A stretch of 64,000 nucleotides of DNA, from IMG/VR virus record IMGVR_UViG_3300043788_000101, positions 1 through 64,000 of that record; one strand, written 5' to 3'. The translations under genes and the position numbers were made by a program. The notes beneath the pieces are model-generated. The model was given only the letters and a program-made list of their open reading frames with translations. It was not told where the DNA came from and searched no databases. This document shows positions 46,588 to 56,090 of this stretch, piece by piece; the stretch's first letter is position 1; each line of letters starts with the position of its first letter. This DNA is from a virus.

Positions 46588-46886
46588 CGCCCGAAGCCGA
46601 CATCGCGCTCGCGGCGATTGTCGTCGCTATTGTGAGTGGCCTTGTTGCGACTGTGTTCGCGCTTTTCACGCTGCGTGTGCGCGACCTCGAAGAGAAGACA
46701 ATCTCGCGGGAGCTTTTCCAAATTCACCAGAAGCACGTCGACGATCGGCTCGACAAGCAAGACAAGGCGCTTGAGTCTCACGGTGCCACGCTGCAGCAAA
46801 ACACGAACGCCACCAACCGCGCGCTAGGCATCCTTGAACGTTTGGAGCGTAAAGCTTCACCACCACCTCGGAGCTACGGTGGATGA
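46584..46886 (+). CDS. Single-TM coiled-coil protein, holin-like candidate
   Basis: IALAAIVVAIVSGLVATVFALFTL followed by heptads. Confidence 0.55.
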   Translation: MTPEADIALAAIVVAIVSGLVATVFALFTLRVRDLEEKTISRELFQIHQKHVDDRLDKQDKALESHGATLQQNTNATNRALGILERLERKASPPPRSYGG

Positions 46887-47096
46887 GTGTCGCACCCATT
46901 CGAGCCCGACGAAGCGCCGACCAAGCCCGAAGGATTTCGAGCGGAGCTACGCCTCATCGCAGAACGCGTACTGGCGTGCGAACCCGGTGACATTGCGGTC
47001 CTCAAGATGCTTCGGGAGTCGGCCACCAATTCGGACGCTGACATGGCTCGGTATCTATCGGCCTGCCACAAATTCGTCGAGCGGTTGCTCGGCTGA
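46887..47096 (+). CDS. Hypothetical protein
   Basis: Starts directly after previous stop. Confidence 0.5.
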   Translation: MSHPFEPDEAPTKPEGFRAELRLIAERVLACEPGDIAVLKMLRESATNSDADMARYLSACHKFVERLLG

Positions 47097-47134
47097 GATT
47101 CCTACCACACCATCGAAAGACAAGAGGCGATCTG

Positions 47135-47794
47135 ATGCTCAAGCACTTCAATTTCGCAATCGGAACGTGGACGCTGCCATCGTGGCTGACGCTCATCGGC
47201 TCGACGATCAGTGCCGCAATCCTGACCTACGTCATGTCGGTGCCGCCTGGGACGCTCATCACGTCGCTGACGACTGCCGCGGGGTTCACGGCTCTTTGGC
47301 ATGGAGCACTCGTCGCCGTACTCGTCGCCGTGGTCAACCTCGCCAAGACGCAGCTCACGCCGGCGGACGCGAAGGCGAAGGCCGCGCTCGCGGCTGCGGC
47401 CGTCAAGACGCTGACCACGCTGGTCATGACGTTCGCCTTCGTGCTTATGTGCGCAATCCTCGCTGGCTGCGGCTCATTCCTCAGTGCCTCACCGACGGTG
47501 CCTGTCACCCCAGCGAACTCCGCTCAGGTCAGTTCGTGTGAAGCGACGGCGACGGGCCACAATCTCGGAGCCATCGGCGGAATGACGCTGGCCGGCGGAG
47601 CCACGGTGGTGGGCGTCATCGACTCGCAGGAGTCGAACGCCAAGACGCAGCAGGCCCTCGGGTGGACGGCTGCAATCATCGCAGCACTCGCGGGCGTCGA
47701 TACGCTGTTCACGACCATCGAGAGCGCGAACTACGCACAGAGCCAGTGCTCGGAGCTGCTCGGGCCCCTGCCCGTAGCAAAGGTGGCCCAGTGA
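47135..47794 (+). CDS. Multi-pass membrane protein with internal lipobox (holin/spanin candidate)
   Basis: Several hydrophobic helices; ILAGC; GAGG RBS. Confidence 0.6.
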   Translation: MLKHFNFAIGTWTLPSWLTLIGSTISAAILTYVMSVPPGTLITSLTTAAGFTALWHGALVAVLVAVVNLAKTQLTPADAKAKAALAAAAVKTLTTLVMTFAFVLMCAILAGCGSFLSASPTVPVTPANSAQVSSCEATATGHNLGAIGGMTLAGGATVVGVIDSQESNAKTQQALGWTAAIIAALAGVDTLFTTIESANYAQSQCSELLGPLPVAKVAQ

Positions 47795-48771
47795 GAATCC
47801 AGCAGCACACGGTCCAGCACCATGTGGGGGGCCGCAAGCGCCCCGACTTCGCCGCGCTCGCCGGCCATCACCGGATGGCGAAGTACATGACGCTGTCGAC
47901 GCTACCGACGCCTCCGGCAAGCTTCAACTATTGGCCGCTCGCGAATCAGGCCGCGGTTGCGGATATCCTCGGCAACAACACGCTCGGCGACTGCACCGCG
48001 GCGGGCGCCTGTCACCTCGCGGACGTCTACTCGGCGGGTGGGGGCTCGCAGGCTGCAATGACATCGGCGCAGGCGATTGCGTTCTACTCGCTGTCGACTG
48101 GATACAACCCGGCGGACCCGAGCACGGACCAGGGGGGCGACGAGGTCACGGTGCTCACCGACTGGCAGACCAAAGGATTGGACGGCGCAGGCCTGCACGC
48201 GATCAAAGGTTTCGTGAGCGTGGACGGATCGAACGCGGCGCTCCTCTTCGCGTCCTGCTGGCTTTTCGGAGGATTGTACTTCGGGCTGGAGCTGACCGAG
48301 GCCATGGCCAACACGAGCGGCTCGGGCTTTCTCTGGGTGCCAGGTACGGCCAACCCGAACGACGGTCACTGCGTCGTCGGCGCGGGGGGCGACTCCTCGG
48401 GCAAGGGGCAAATCCAAATCAACACGTGGGGTCTTCTCGGCGGCTTCGAGATGGATGCCATCGCGGAGCTTTGCGTCGAGTCGGCGGGCGGCACCGTGTT
48501 CGTTCCCATCAGCGCCGAGTGGGTGAACGCCGCGAAGTCTGCGGCGCCGAGCGGCTTCGACTGGGAGCAGCTTGCCTCGGACTTCGACCTCGACCTCGGT
48601 GGGGCGGTACCTGTGCCTTCGCCGGTTCCGCCTCCCGCGCCATCGGGCCCCGCCACGCAGGCCAGCGTCAATGCGGCTCTCGCGGGCGCGTTCCAGTACG
48701 ACATGATGACCAAGTCGCAAGCCGTCACGCAGGCGCAGGCCTCGGTGGCGGCCCTTACGTGGCCGGCGTGA
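47791..48771 (+). CDS. Papain-like cysteine peptidase
   Basis: LGDCTAAG (Cys), DQGG, GHCVVGAG (His), INTWG. Confidence 0.8.
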   Translation: MRIQQHTVQHHVGGRKRPDFAALAGHHRMAKYMTLSTLPTPPASFNYWPLANQAAVADILGNNTLGDCTAAGACHLADVYSAGGGSQAAMTSAQAIAFYSLSTGYNPADPSTDQGGDEVTVLTDWQTKGLDGAGLHAIKGFVSVDGSNAALLFASCWLFGGLYFGLELTEAMANTSGSGFLWVPGTANPNDGHCVVGAGGDSSGKGQIQINTWGLLGGFEMDAIAELCVESAGGTVFVPISAEWVNAAKSAAPSGFDWEQLASDFDLDLGGAVPVPSPVPPPAPSGPATQASVNAALAGAFQYDMMTKSQAVTQAQASVAALTWPA

Positions 48772-49037
48772 AGCTCGACGCCGCGCTGCTCTGGGCTGGC
48801 TGCTTGGCCCTGACGTTCGCCCAGTGCAACGCCTGCCAATCGACACCATCCGCCGTGTCGCCGTCGACCATCTGCGCGGAGCTATCAGAAGCCGGTTGCC
48901 TGCAAATCAGCTCGGATTGCGCCTCGTCGATCACCGTTCAGCTTGAGGGCGGCGCCGGAGCCAATCCGCTACTCTCGACGGCCATCAACTGCCTCGCCGC
49001 GGGCGGGACGGTGCCGAGCTGCGGAGGGTGCCCGTGA
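48768..49037 (+). CDS. Small Cys-rich secreted protein or lipoprotein
   Basis: Signal-like N-terminus; multiple Cys. Confidence 0.6.
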   Translation: MKLDAALLWAGCLALTFAQCNACQSTPSAVSPSTICAELSEAGCLQISSDCASSITVQLEGGAGANPLLSTAINCLAAGGTVPSCGGCP

Positions 49038-49213
49038 GCCTCGATTGGAAAGAGCCTGGCACGTTCGACCAGTGGCGCGACCAGTTCGTGAACGCGCTCG
49101 GGTCCGCTGCGACGTGCGCCGACAGTCCTACGCACATCGTGGACGCGGCCGACATGATCGCTCAAGCCGCCGTCGAGCTGATTCAGCAGCGCGCGAAGGA
49201 AGCGGGGCGATGA
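49028..49213 (+). CDS. Hypothetical protein
   Basis: Coupled ORF. Confidence 0.55.
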   Translation: MPVSLDWKEPGTFDQWRDQFVNALGSAATCADSPTHIVDAADMIAQAAVELIQQRAKEAGR

Positions 49214-49316
49214 TCGGCCGTCTGTCAAGGCTCGACTACGCGCGCGATGCCGCAGCAGGCAAGACCGGCTTTACGCGCTGGCTTGCCTGGGCGATTGCGC
49301 TTATCCTCGGGCCCCC

Positions 49317-49802
49317 ATGAATCCAGCCTACATACTCGCAGCCCTTCTCGCGTGGAACCCCGGTGGCAAGCAGGGGGCCAGAGGCTCCACGACGGATGCA
49401 GTTCTCACGGAATGGGCGACCGCCATCGCGGATGCCTGCAACCTTGACGAGGACGGGCGCAAGCTGACGCCGCTCGAGTGCCTCACGCAAGCGGCCATCG
49501 CCAGCGAGGAGACACGGTTTGCTCCGTACATCCTCGACGGATCGTGCAACATCCAGGGATGGCGCGCGCTGCACCATCTGGACAAGAAGTGCGACGGCGA
49601 CAAGGCGTACGGACCATGGCAGGTCTGGCAGCCAGCGTGGGTCAGTGTCTGCCCTGCCGGCGGCGAGAACCCAGACACGCGTGACCCATTCATCAACGCG
49701 CTCGTGGCTAGACGCCTTCTGCTCAAGAACCCGCACGGCTGGATGACGTACGACGCCGCGAAGGCGAAGGCCGAGGCCTGGACGGCGACGCACAAGGAGT
49801 AG
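49317..49802 (+). CDS. Lytic transglycosylase/lysozyme-like protein (candidate endolysin)
   Basis: AAIASEETRF...GPWQV fits the E[ST]...GxxQ pattern; hydrophobic N-terminus. Confidence 0.55.
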   Translation: MNPAYILAALLAWNPGGKQGARGSTTDAVLTEWATAIADACNLDEDGRKLTPLECLTQAAIASEETRFAPYILDGSCNIQGWRALHHLDKKCDGDKAYGPWQVWQPAWVSVCPAGGENPDTRDPFINALVARRLLLKNPHGWMTYDAAKAKAEAWTATHKE

Positions 49803-49804
49803 CG

Positions 49805-50116
49805 ATGTGCACGTTTTCGATGATCGTCGATCAGTTGGGGCCGAAGATACCGGACATCACGTCGCCGAATCCGTTCGCGCCTTGGGTTGCGCCGCAACCT
49901 CCGATGTCGTTCACGCCGTACACGCACGAGCAGATCGAGGAGTGGCGCAAGTTCTTCGAGGAGGCCAAGGCAAAGCTCGCAGCGGCGAAAGCCGAGGACG
50001 AAGCGGTCGGCACGCCAGACTGCACGGACCCCGCGAAGCGCCCCATCCTAGAGCGGCTCGCGGAAATGGAACGTCGACTCGCAGCGATCGAAAAGGCCGT
50101 TGGCCTGAAAGGATAA
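49805..50116 (+). CDS. Hypothetical protein
   Basis: AAGGAG RBS. Confidence 0.7.
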   Translation: MCTFSMIVDQLGPKIPDITSPNPFAPWVAPQPPMSFTPYTHEQIEEWRKFFEEAKAKLAAAKAEDEAVGTPDCTDPAKRPILERLAEMERRLAAIEKAVGLKG

Positions 50117-50119
50117 CCC

Positions 50120-50362
50120 ATGCACTATCGAAACGGACGCGAAGCCAAGAACGGGGACCAAATCGTTTCACTCGGGCCTGACGGCAAGGTGCTCGGCGTC
50201 GGCATTCTCTACAACGCCGTGGCTGGCAACGACTACTGCAACGGGAGCCTTGCGCTGATTCCGGGCCCCGCGTACGCGTGCCTGGTCGACGCGTTGCACG
50301 TTGACGACCTCGCGGCCCTCCTCGCCGAGAAGGGCCTCGACAAGCGTCCGGCCGGCAAGTGA
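50120..50362 (+). CDS. Hypothetical protein
   Basis: AAGGA RBS; MHYRNGREAKNGD. Confidence 0.75.
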   Translation: MHYRNGREAKNGDQIVSLGPDGKVLGVGILYNAVAGNDYCNGSLALIPGPAYACLVDALHVDDLAALLAEKGLDKRPAGK

Positions 50363-51018
50363 CCGATTACGCCGTAGCACCCGCACGGGTCGGCCTCTGG
50401 CTCGACTGCGACACGATCGGCACGCTGACGCCGTCTAGGATCGCGGCTGCCATGGCGCATGTGCACCCGACCTACGGCAAGGTCCAAGGAATCGAAGGCT
50501 ACAGCGAGCTTCCGAACGAACGCGTCGACGGGACCATCTGGACGGCCGACTCGCTCGCGATGGTCGTCGCTGCTGGGGCGCAAGCGCTCTGGATACAGCA
50601 CCCACTCGCGCCGGGTTGGATACCGTCCGAGAACCTCGGGGCTATTCACGAGGAGCACGCGAGCGCCTACGCGGCCTCCTGCGGATTCCCGATGCCGATC
50701 CACGGCGGCGTCGACATCGAGGGCACCGCGGGGCCTTCGTACGGCTACGGGCTCACGTGGGCCACGAATCGAGTGCAGCGCGGCGGCAAGTGTATGGGCT
50801 ACTACGGCTACCAGCTCGGGATGAGCCTCGCTGACTTCGCTGCGATGGCGAACGTCACGGCGTATTGGGAAGCCTTCAATCAGCCGCGCATCGGTGGGCG
50901 CGGGCCGTGCCTTGTCCAGGGTCCTACGCTCACGATCCCAGGCTTCGGCGCGGTCGACACCGACCTGATGGCGGCCGACCTGAAGGGTGAGCTTCCCATG
51001 GTCTGCCAAGCCGCCTAG
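50359..51018 (+). CDS. Glycoside hydrolase-like (DUF1906/GH25-type) candidate endolysin
   Basis: VDIEG, GYYG, YW, VQ, VDTD pattern of GH25-like barrels. Confidence 0.6.
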   Translation: MTDYAVAPARVGLWLDCDTIGTLTPSRIAAAMAHVHPTYGKVQGIEGYSELPNERVDGTIWTADSLAMVVAAGAQALWIQHPLAPGWIPSENLGAIHEEHASAYAASCGFPMPIHGGVDIEGTAGPSYGYGLTWATNRVQRGGKCMGYYGYQLGMSLADFAAMANVTAYWEAFNQPRIGGRGPCLVQGPTLTIPGFGAVDTDLMAADLKGELPMVCQAA

Positions 51019-51047
51019 CAATCGCGACCTGCACAGCAGCGTCAAGC

Positions 51048-51088
51048 GCCCCCACCTGGCTTCGGCTGGGTGGGGGCTTTCTGCTTTT
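51048..51088 (+). terminator. Rho-independent terminator at convergence of the two arms
   Basis: GCCCCCACCTGGC-TTCG-GCTGGGTGGGGGC then TTTCTGCTTTT. Confidence 0.9.
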
Positions 51089-51117
51089 GTGCGCCCTCTC
51101 GCCCGAAGTCGCCTAGG

Positions 51118-51315
51118 CTAGCACGTTGGGCAGGGGCGGCGATGCTCGTCGCAGTAGTCGCAGTTGCCTAAATGCTGGCCGCAATCCGGGCACTTGACCT
51201 CGGCGGACAACGTCTCCGCCCACGTGCGCCAGTGGACGGTGGACGGACACGGCGGGTCCGAATCGGGCCGGCCAGTGTAGGGCCGGTGGCACCAGGCGCA
51301 AGTCTCGTCGCTCAT
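51118..51315 (-). CDS. Small Cys-rich protein
   Basis: GGGAGAG RBS after TGCGCGC; four CxxC pairs. Confidence 0.65.
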   Translation of the reverse strand: MSDETCAWCHRPYTGRPDSDPPCPSTVHWRTWAETLSAEVKCPDCGQHLGNCDYCDEHRRPCPTC

Positions 51316-51352
51316 TCGCTCTCCCTTGCGCGCACTCCCGCGCCGTTCGTCC

Positions 51353-51559
51353 TTACTTTTCACCACGCGAAATCAAGATGACATCGGCGACGAGTAGCGG
51401 TCGCTGCCACTTTCCCTTTGAGGCGAGACCATTCTCGCGCGTGAATCGGTAGCTGCCACAATTCGAGCAGTCTTCGCGCGCCATACTGCCGAACCCGAAC
51501 GCGACCATTGGCTTCGGGTGACGGCATCGCGCGAGGCGCAGCACGGCGGTGTGAATCAT
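51353..51559 (-). CDS. Small Zn-ribbon protein
   Basis: ATGA overlap; CRH...CSNCG. Confidence 0.6.
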   Translation of the reverse strand: MIHTAVLRLARCRHPKPMVAFGFGSMAREDCSNCGSYRFTRENGLASKGKWQRPLLVADVILISRGEK

Positions 51560-51990
51560 CGGCGTCCCGTCACGTCGAGCGACGAAGCCTCATCGAAAAC
51601 GCCCGCAGAAGCGTTTGGCTCCGTCTTCGCTTCTGAAAGCCTACGCGCCTCATTCACAAGGCTGTAGGTCTTGTCGCACTCGGCACAATGCTCAACGCAC
51701 GACGCGCCGGGGCACGCGCACCCGAGCGCGTACTGGTCGAGGCGAGCAATTGTCCTCGCGAGCATCGTACGCAAGGCGTCGCCGTACTGTTTCTGCGCGT
51801 CGGCAATCACCGTCCAGCGGTTCCGAGCCTTCGTCATCTCTTCGAGATCGGCTTCCGCCATAGCGAGCCTTGCGCGACTCTCGATTAGCCGCGTCTCGGT
51901 GCCGGCTAGAAGCTCTGGGCAGAACGCCTGGTGTTCGACGCCGCGCGCTGTCTTACGCCCGCCGCACGCATCGCAAACGAGGTAGCTCAT
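51556..51990 (-). CDS. Cys-rich coiled-coil protein
   Basis: ATGA overlap at 51990. Confidence 0.65.
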   Translation of the reverse strand: MSYLVCDACGGRKTARGVEHQAFCPELLAGTETRLIESRARLAMAEADLEEMTKARNRWTVIADAQKQYGDALRTMLARTIARLDQYALGCACPGASCVEHCAECDKTYSLVNEARRLSEAKTEPNASAGVFDEASSLDVTGRR

Positions 51991-52238
51991 GGCAACGGCT
52001 CCCATCGTCCAGGCAGCCAGTGAAGCGCCTCTCCGATGCCCCAATTCTTCCAATGCTCATCGCACCTGAGCGAGCGAACTATCACGCGACCGCTTCGCGT
52101 TCGACGATGCCTCGTAGGCCTCTGAGGGCAACGTCCGTCGCCACTCTCATGCTGGCATCGGCGGTGCTCAGTTTCGGTATGCGGGGTATCGACGCCGCAC
52201 ACGGGGCATGAAAACGTACCTGTCGGAACTGCACTCAT
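51987..52238 (-). CDS. Small Cys/His-rich protein
   Basis: GGAGG RBS; CPVCGVDTPH. Confidence 0.6.
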   Translation of the reverse strand: MSAVPTGTFSCPVCGVDTPHTETEHRRCQHESGDGRCPQRPTRHRRTRSGRVIVRSLRCDEHWKNWGIGEALHWLPGRWEPLP

Positions 52239-52297
52239 GTCGCCTCCGTTTGCCATTGTCCTAAAGCCCCTCGCGCGTAAAACAACGCCCATATTCC

Positions 52298-53106
52298 CTA
52301 CAGCGGTAGCCGCTCAGCGAGCCCAAACCCCGCACTATTGCGGTGTCCGCCTCCGCCGTACTTCTTGGCAATCTCCGAGACGTCCACGCCTTCGGGACCG
52401 CGCGACCGAAGCGAGTAGGCATAGATGCCGTCCGCTCGCTGGAACCATCCAAGGGCGAACGGGGCCGACTCCGCGAGCTTGCCGACTAGCTCTGAGATGT
52501 TGATGTACGGCGCATTCACGATCGGGATGCGGTAACCCTCGAAGTCGACCGTCCGGGCTTGTTCGACCATCTCCGATACGTAGCGGTCGACGAACGCGAG
52601 CACCGCTTCCCCCTTGTCGATGACAGCGGCAAGCGATAGGTCATTCAGTGCGCTCCACTCCGAGAACGAATCGCGCTTGCAGGCCGAGATCCAAGCGTTC
52701 GCCTCCTTGCTCTTGTCGAATTTCCACCGCCACAAGTCGCGGTCCTCCACGAAATCGATGAGCCACGGTCGTGCAGTCCGGTGCAGCAAATCCCATGTGA
52801 GGCCGGCGCCACTTCGATCCATGTCGAACGTGGCGAAGTCGAGCCCTTCGAGCGCGCCTGCGCCGTCTTGTGGTGGTCGAACACGGATAGTCCGGAAGCC
52901 TTCGCCTTCATGTCCAGCATGACGTCGCGCGGGTAGCTGAAGTCGACGACGAGCACCGACCGTCCGGTCACGTCGGGCGGTGCGTCGCCGTAGCTGGCTG
53001 GTAGGTACTCGGCCTCATCGCCGTACTTGAGCCACGCCGCCCACGCAGCGGTGTACCCGTCGATACAGTTCCCATGGTAGATTACGAGTCGCTTCTTCTC
53101 AGCCAT
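52298..53106 (-). pseudogene. DHH/DHHA1 phosphoesterase split by a 1-nt frameshift
   Basis: YHGNCIDG, VDFSY, DHHKT in one frame; SGAGLTW, EDRDLW, SLRS, GGGGHRNSAG in another; switch near 52855. Confidence 0.85.
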
Positions 53107-53145
53107 GGCCTTTCCTTTCCTGCGTGATCCTACGGGTTGCGCGCA

Positions 53146-53421
53146 TCACTTCGGGCATCGTCCGTACATCAAACCGCACCCCTCACACTCCCAGTGCGCC
53201 ACGTAGGAAGGCGGCGGCGGTCCTCCGATTCGGTCTGAATGGCGGTAGCGCACTACACCGGAAACGCGTCCACCACATACGCGGCACGGCGCAGTCTCGG
53301 GAGCGTATTTACCGACCCTGCGTCTCTTATCCTCTTCGTCCGCACGCCGCTCTGCCATGTGCTTCGGTATCTCGCGAGCTATGCGCGCCACGTCCTCGGG
53401 AGTGAACTTGGGCAGCTTCAA
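53146..53421 (-). CDS. Zn-ribbon hypothetical protein
   Basis: GAGGAG RBS, TTG start; CRVC, CEGC. Confidence 0.7.
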   Translation of the reverse strand: MKLPKFTPEDVARIAREIPKHMAERRADEEDKRRRVGKYAPETAPCRVCGGRVSGVVRYRHSDRIGGPPPPSYVAHWECEGCGLMYGRCPK

Positions 53422-53507
53422 GGTGTCTCCTCTCTCAGTGCGCGCATCACTTCGCCGATGACACCGACAAGTCTTCGAGTGCGCACGTCAAACCGTGTAG
53501 CATGTCT

Positions 53508-53732
53508 TCACTCCAGAATTCTTGTCGTAGGCGTTCCACCCGTCGCACGGCATCCGTCCGCCGTGACAGTCTCTTCAGTCTGCCCATTGGCATGCAGTTC
53601 GTGAGTGTCTAACCATGGACGCAGGCCGTCATCCAAACCGCTCCACGTGAAAGACGATCCGCACGGGCAAACGTACGTGGACGTATCAAGATCAACTTGA
53701 AGCTTTAGCGGTCCGGTCTCTCCCGCTCTCAT
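53508..53732 (-). CDS. Hypothetical protein
   Basis: GGAG RBS; CPCG. Confidence 0.55.
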   Translation of the reverse strand: MRAGETGPLKLQVDLDTSTYVCPCGSSFTWSGLDDGLRPWLDTHELHANGQTEETVTADGCRATGGTPTTRILE

Positions 53733-53758
53733 GTTGCTCCGTTCCTTTCTTCCGTCTC

Positions 53759-53995
53759 CTAGTCGTCCGCGCGCATCACTTCGCCACATCCAGGCGCGCA
53801 AGGTTCGCCTGCTCCCGCGCCACACAAGACGCACGTCGGTTTGCACCGTCCGCCATGGCCAGCGGGCAGCCGGCAGTGCCGTACGTTGCGCTCGTAACAG
53901 GGAATGTCACTCACCATGCGCGGCTTACACCGCTCACATCGACAGATGCAGGCGCGCGTCTGGCAATGAATCCCGTTTAGACAGTGCCCCGTCAT
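53759..53995 (-). CDS. Cys-rich hypothetical protein
   Basis: GGGAG RBS; numerous Cys. Confidence 0.6.
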   Translation of the reverse strand: MTGHCLNGIHCQTRACICRCERCKPRMVSDIPCYERNVRHCRLPAGHGGRCKPTCVLCGAGAGEPCAPGCGEVMRADD

Positions 53996-54029
53996 CTTCG
54001 TCTCCCTAGCGCGCGCAGCGTCGGCGCGA

Positions 54030-54302
54030 TTAGCAGTAGCATTCCGGACATGCGTGATGGCCCGTGTTCGGGCAGCCGATCTCGTTCTCTTTCTCACACG
54101 GGACGGCCTTCATATCCTTGAAGCAGAGAACGCGAGCGCCAAGACACTTCTTGCAGGCGAGCCCGCGAGGTGGGCGCATGCGCTCGTTCATTCGAGCCAC
54201 GATTCGAGCGGCCAGCTCGGGCGTGTCGACCATGCCAACGCACACGTCGTCAAAGTAGAGCGTGCGTCCCAATTTTCGTCCCACTCGCCACCTGGGAATC
54301 AT
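54030..54302 (-). CDS. Hypothetical protein
   Basis: WRVGRKLGRTLY...VGMVDTPELA; Cys-rich tail. Confidence 0.75.
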   Translation of the reverse strand: MIPRWRVGRKLGRTLYFDDVCVGMVDTPELAARIVARMNERMRPPRGLACKKCLGARVLCFKDMKAVPCEKENEIGCPNTGHHACPECYC

Positions 54303-54322
54303 CTAGCTCTCCCTCGCGCGCA

Positions 54323-54511
54323 CTACTTCGGCCTTCGTGACGACGTGCGCTCACATGGCGGCCATGACGTCGTGGCGTCGATTGTGACGTGCACACCTTC
54401 GTGCCCGCGTTCCCGATGGCATCGCATCCGGTGGTTGTTCGGCGGCTCCGCGCGGTACGCCCACGACCGACACCGCGCAGCTTTCTTTGTTCGGATGACC
54501 ATCTGACTCAT
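54323..54511 (-). CDS. Small basic Cys/His protein
   Basis: GGGAGAG RBS. Confidence 0.6.
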   Translation of the reverse strand: MSQMVIRTKKAARCRSWAYRAEPPNNHRMRCHRERGHEGVHVTIDATTSWPPCERTSSRRPK

Positions 54512-54532
54512 CTATCTCTCCCTCGCGCGCAG

Positions 54533-54922
54533 TTAGACCGCCGATGCTCCAGACACTTGCGCACTGACACTCACCGGAGTGTAGGCGTCACACTTCCCGC
54601 ACCTGGCGCACTTGTAAGGCGCGTGGTCGTAGTGCCGGTGCGGGATTGGGTCGTCGCCCTGACACTCGCAACGGTCGGGGTGCTCGTAAAAGCCGCGACC
54701 GCACCAGCTTAGCGCGCCGCCCTCGTTGTTGATTCGGTCTAGCCGTGCGTGGTCGACGTCCTCGGCTCGAATCTTCCCGATGGCGTCGTAAGCCCGAAGG
54801 ACGACACGTACCCTTTCCCATTCCTCGTCTGATGGGCGCACCCCTGGTGTTTCCAATTCTTGGAGTCGCCCACACTCGTCGTTGAGAGCAGATAGGATGT
54901 CAGCGATGGCTTTCGACTTCAC
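54533..54922 (-). CDS. Hypothetical protein with Cys/His-rich tail
   Basis: GTG start; CARCGKC. Confidence 0.7.
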   Translation of the reverse strand: MKSKAIADILSALNDECGRLQELETPGVRPSDEEWERVRVVLRAYDAIGKIRAEDVDHARLDRINNEGGALSWCGRGFYEHPDRCECQGDDPIPHRHYDHAPYKCARCGKCDAYTPVSVSAQVSGASAV

Positions 54923-54961
54923 GTTGTCACCCTTCGTCCGTGTCCCGGTTCATCGCGCGCA

Positions 54962-55129
54962 TCACTTTTGGGATGCTTCCGGCTTCGGAATACCCATCCG
55001 CACTTTGCGCAGAATGACGCATCCAAGGCACTTGCATCCGCGTGCGATGTATTGGCCCGTCTTCTCGTTCCCCAGCGTCCGCCATGCCTCTGCGGCTAAG
55101 CGGTCTGGTAATTCGATCGTTACCTTCAC
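54962..55129 (-). CDS. Small hypothetical protein
   Basis: GAGGAG RBS, GTG start; KVTIELPD. Confidence 0.6.
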   Translation of the reverse strand: MKVTIELPDRLAAEAWRTLGNEKTGQYIARGCKCLGCVILRKVRMGIPKPEASQK

Positions 55130-55170
55130 GGCGTCTCCTCTCTCAGTGCGCAGCGTCGGCGCGATGTTCC

Positions 55171-55419
55171 TCACGTATGCCCACCGTCTAAAACCTCGGA
55201 GGCGACGATCAGCGCCGGATCGTTTGAACCCTTGTGCTGCACGCCACAAATTGTCGATCCTGGAACATGCTCCATCGCACACTCGATTGCGCGCATTGCA
55301 GTTGGAGCCACAACGGCCAGCATCCGATTTTCGGACCACCGACGTCCCGCTGCCTCATCTTTCGGCAACGTGACCGTCACATGCCACACGTGCTGCCCCT
55401 TGAATACTTGAATGGCCAT
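55171..55419 (-). CDS. Hypothetical protein
   Basis: GAGGAGG RBS. Confidence 0.7.
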   Translation of the reverse strand: MAIQVFKGQHVWHVTVTLPKDEAAGRRWSENRMLAVVAPTAMRAIECAMEHVPGSTICGVQHKGSNDPALIVASEVLDGGHT

Positions 55420-55448
55420 TTCGTGCCTCCTCTAGAAGTCCGCGCGCA

Positions 55449-55739
55449 TCACTTCGGGGATGCTGGCGACACGTGCCCACCATTTTCGATGATCCGAACC
55501 GCGTCCTCTAACGCATGACCAGCCATCCGTCGGTCGCCATTCTTATATCGCTCCCACGAGGCGAGCGCCTCTGCCTTGAGCCAAGCAACGATGAGAGCCC
55601 GCTCGCTCTTCACGCCCTCATCGTACCCCGCCGCACGCATGATGCTCGGGACGTCTATCGGCGGTTGCTGCCCGACGTCCACGTAGATGACGGCGTTTGG
55701 CGCCAGTGTGCCTCGTAGGTCTGTCGGTTCATTAGCCAT
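55449..55739 (-). CDS. Hypothetical protein
   Basis: AAGGAGG RBS; ERALIVAWL. Confidence 0.7.
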   Translation of the reverse strand: MANEPTDLRGTLAPNAVIYVDVGQQPPIDVPSIMRAAGYDEGVKSERALIVAWLKAEALASWERYKNGDRRMAGHALEDAVRIIENGGHVSPASPK

Positions 55740-55784
55740 CGTGCATCCTCCTTCGCCTCGCGCGCAGCATCGGCGCGATTGTCG

Positions 55785-55991
55785 TTACACTTCCTCACGG
55801 TTCGCGAACCCATCAGTGTTCGGGCAAGTCTGCGAGTTTGGCCTGATGTGATTGTCGAGGATGCCTACGTACTTGCATTGGGAGCACCGCTCCAGACGAG
55901 GCTTTTTCTTTGGCCACGACAGGCCAACGACGCCGAGCACGATGGCGACCACGAGCAGAAACGTGAGGTACTGAATCGAGAAGCCTTGCAT
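55785..55991 (-). CDS. Small membrane protein
   Basis: AGGAG RBS; TM helix then KKK and CSQC. Confidence 0.7.
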   Translation of the reverse strand: MQGFSIQYLTFLLVVAIVLGVVGLSWPKKKPRLERCSQCKYVGILDNHIRPNSQTCPNTDGFANREEV

Positions 55992-56090
55992 GGTCGCCGT
56001 CTCCTAGAAGTCCGCGCGCAGCCGCGCGGCAATTGTCACTACAGATTCTCACCGCCGTTGACCAGGATGATCCCCTTGGCTTCATAGGAC

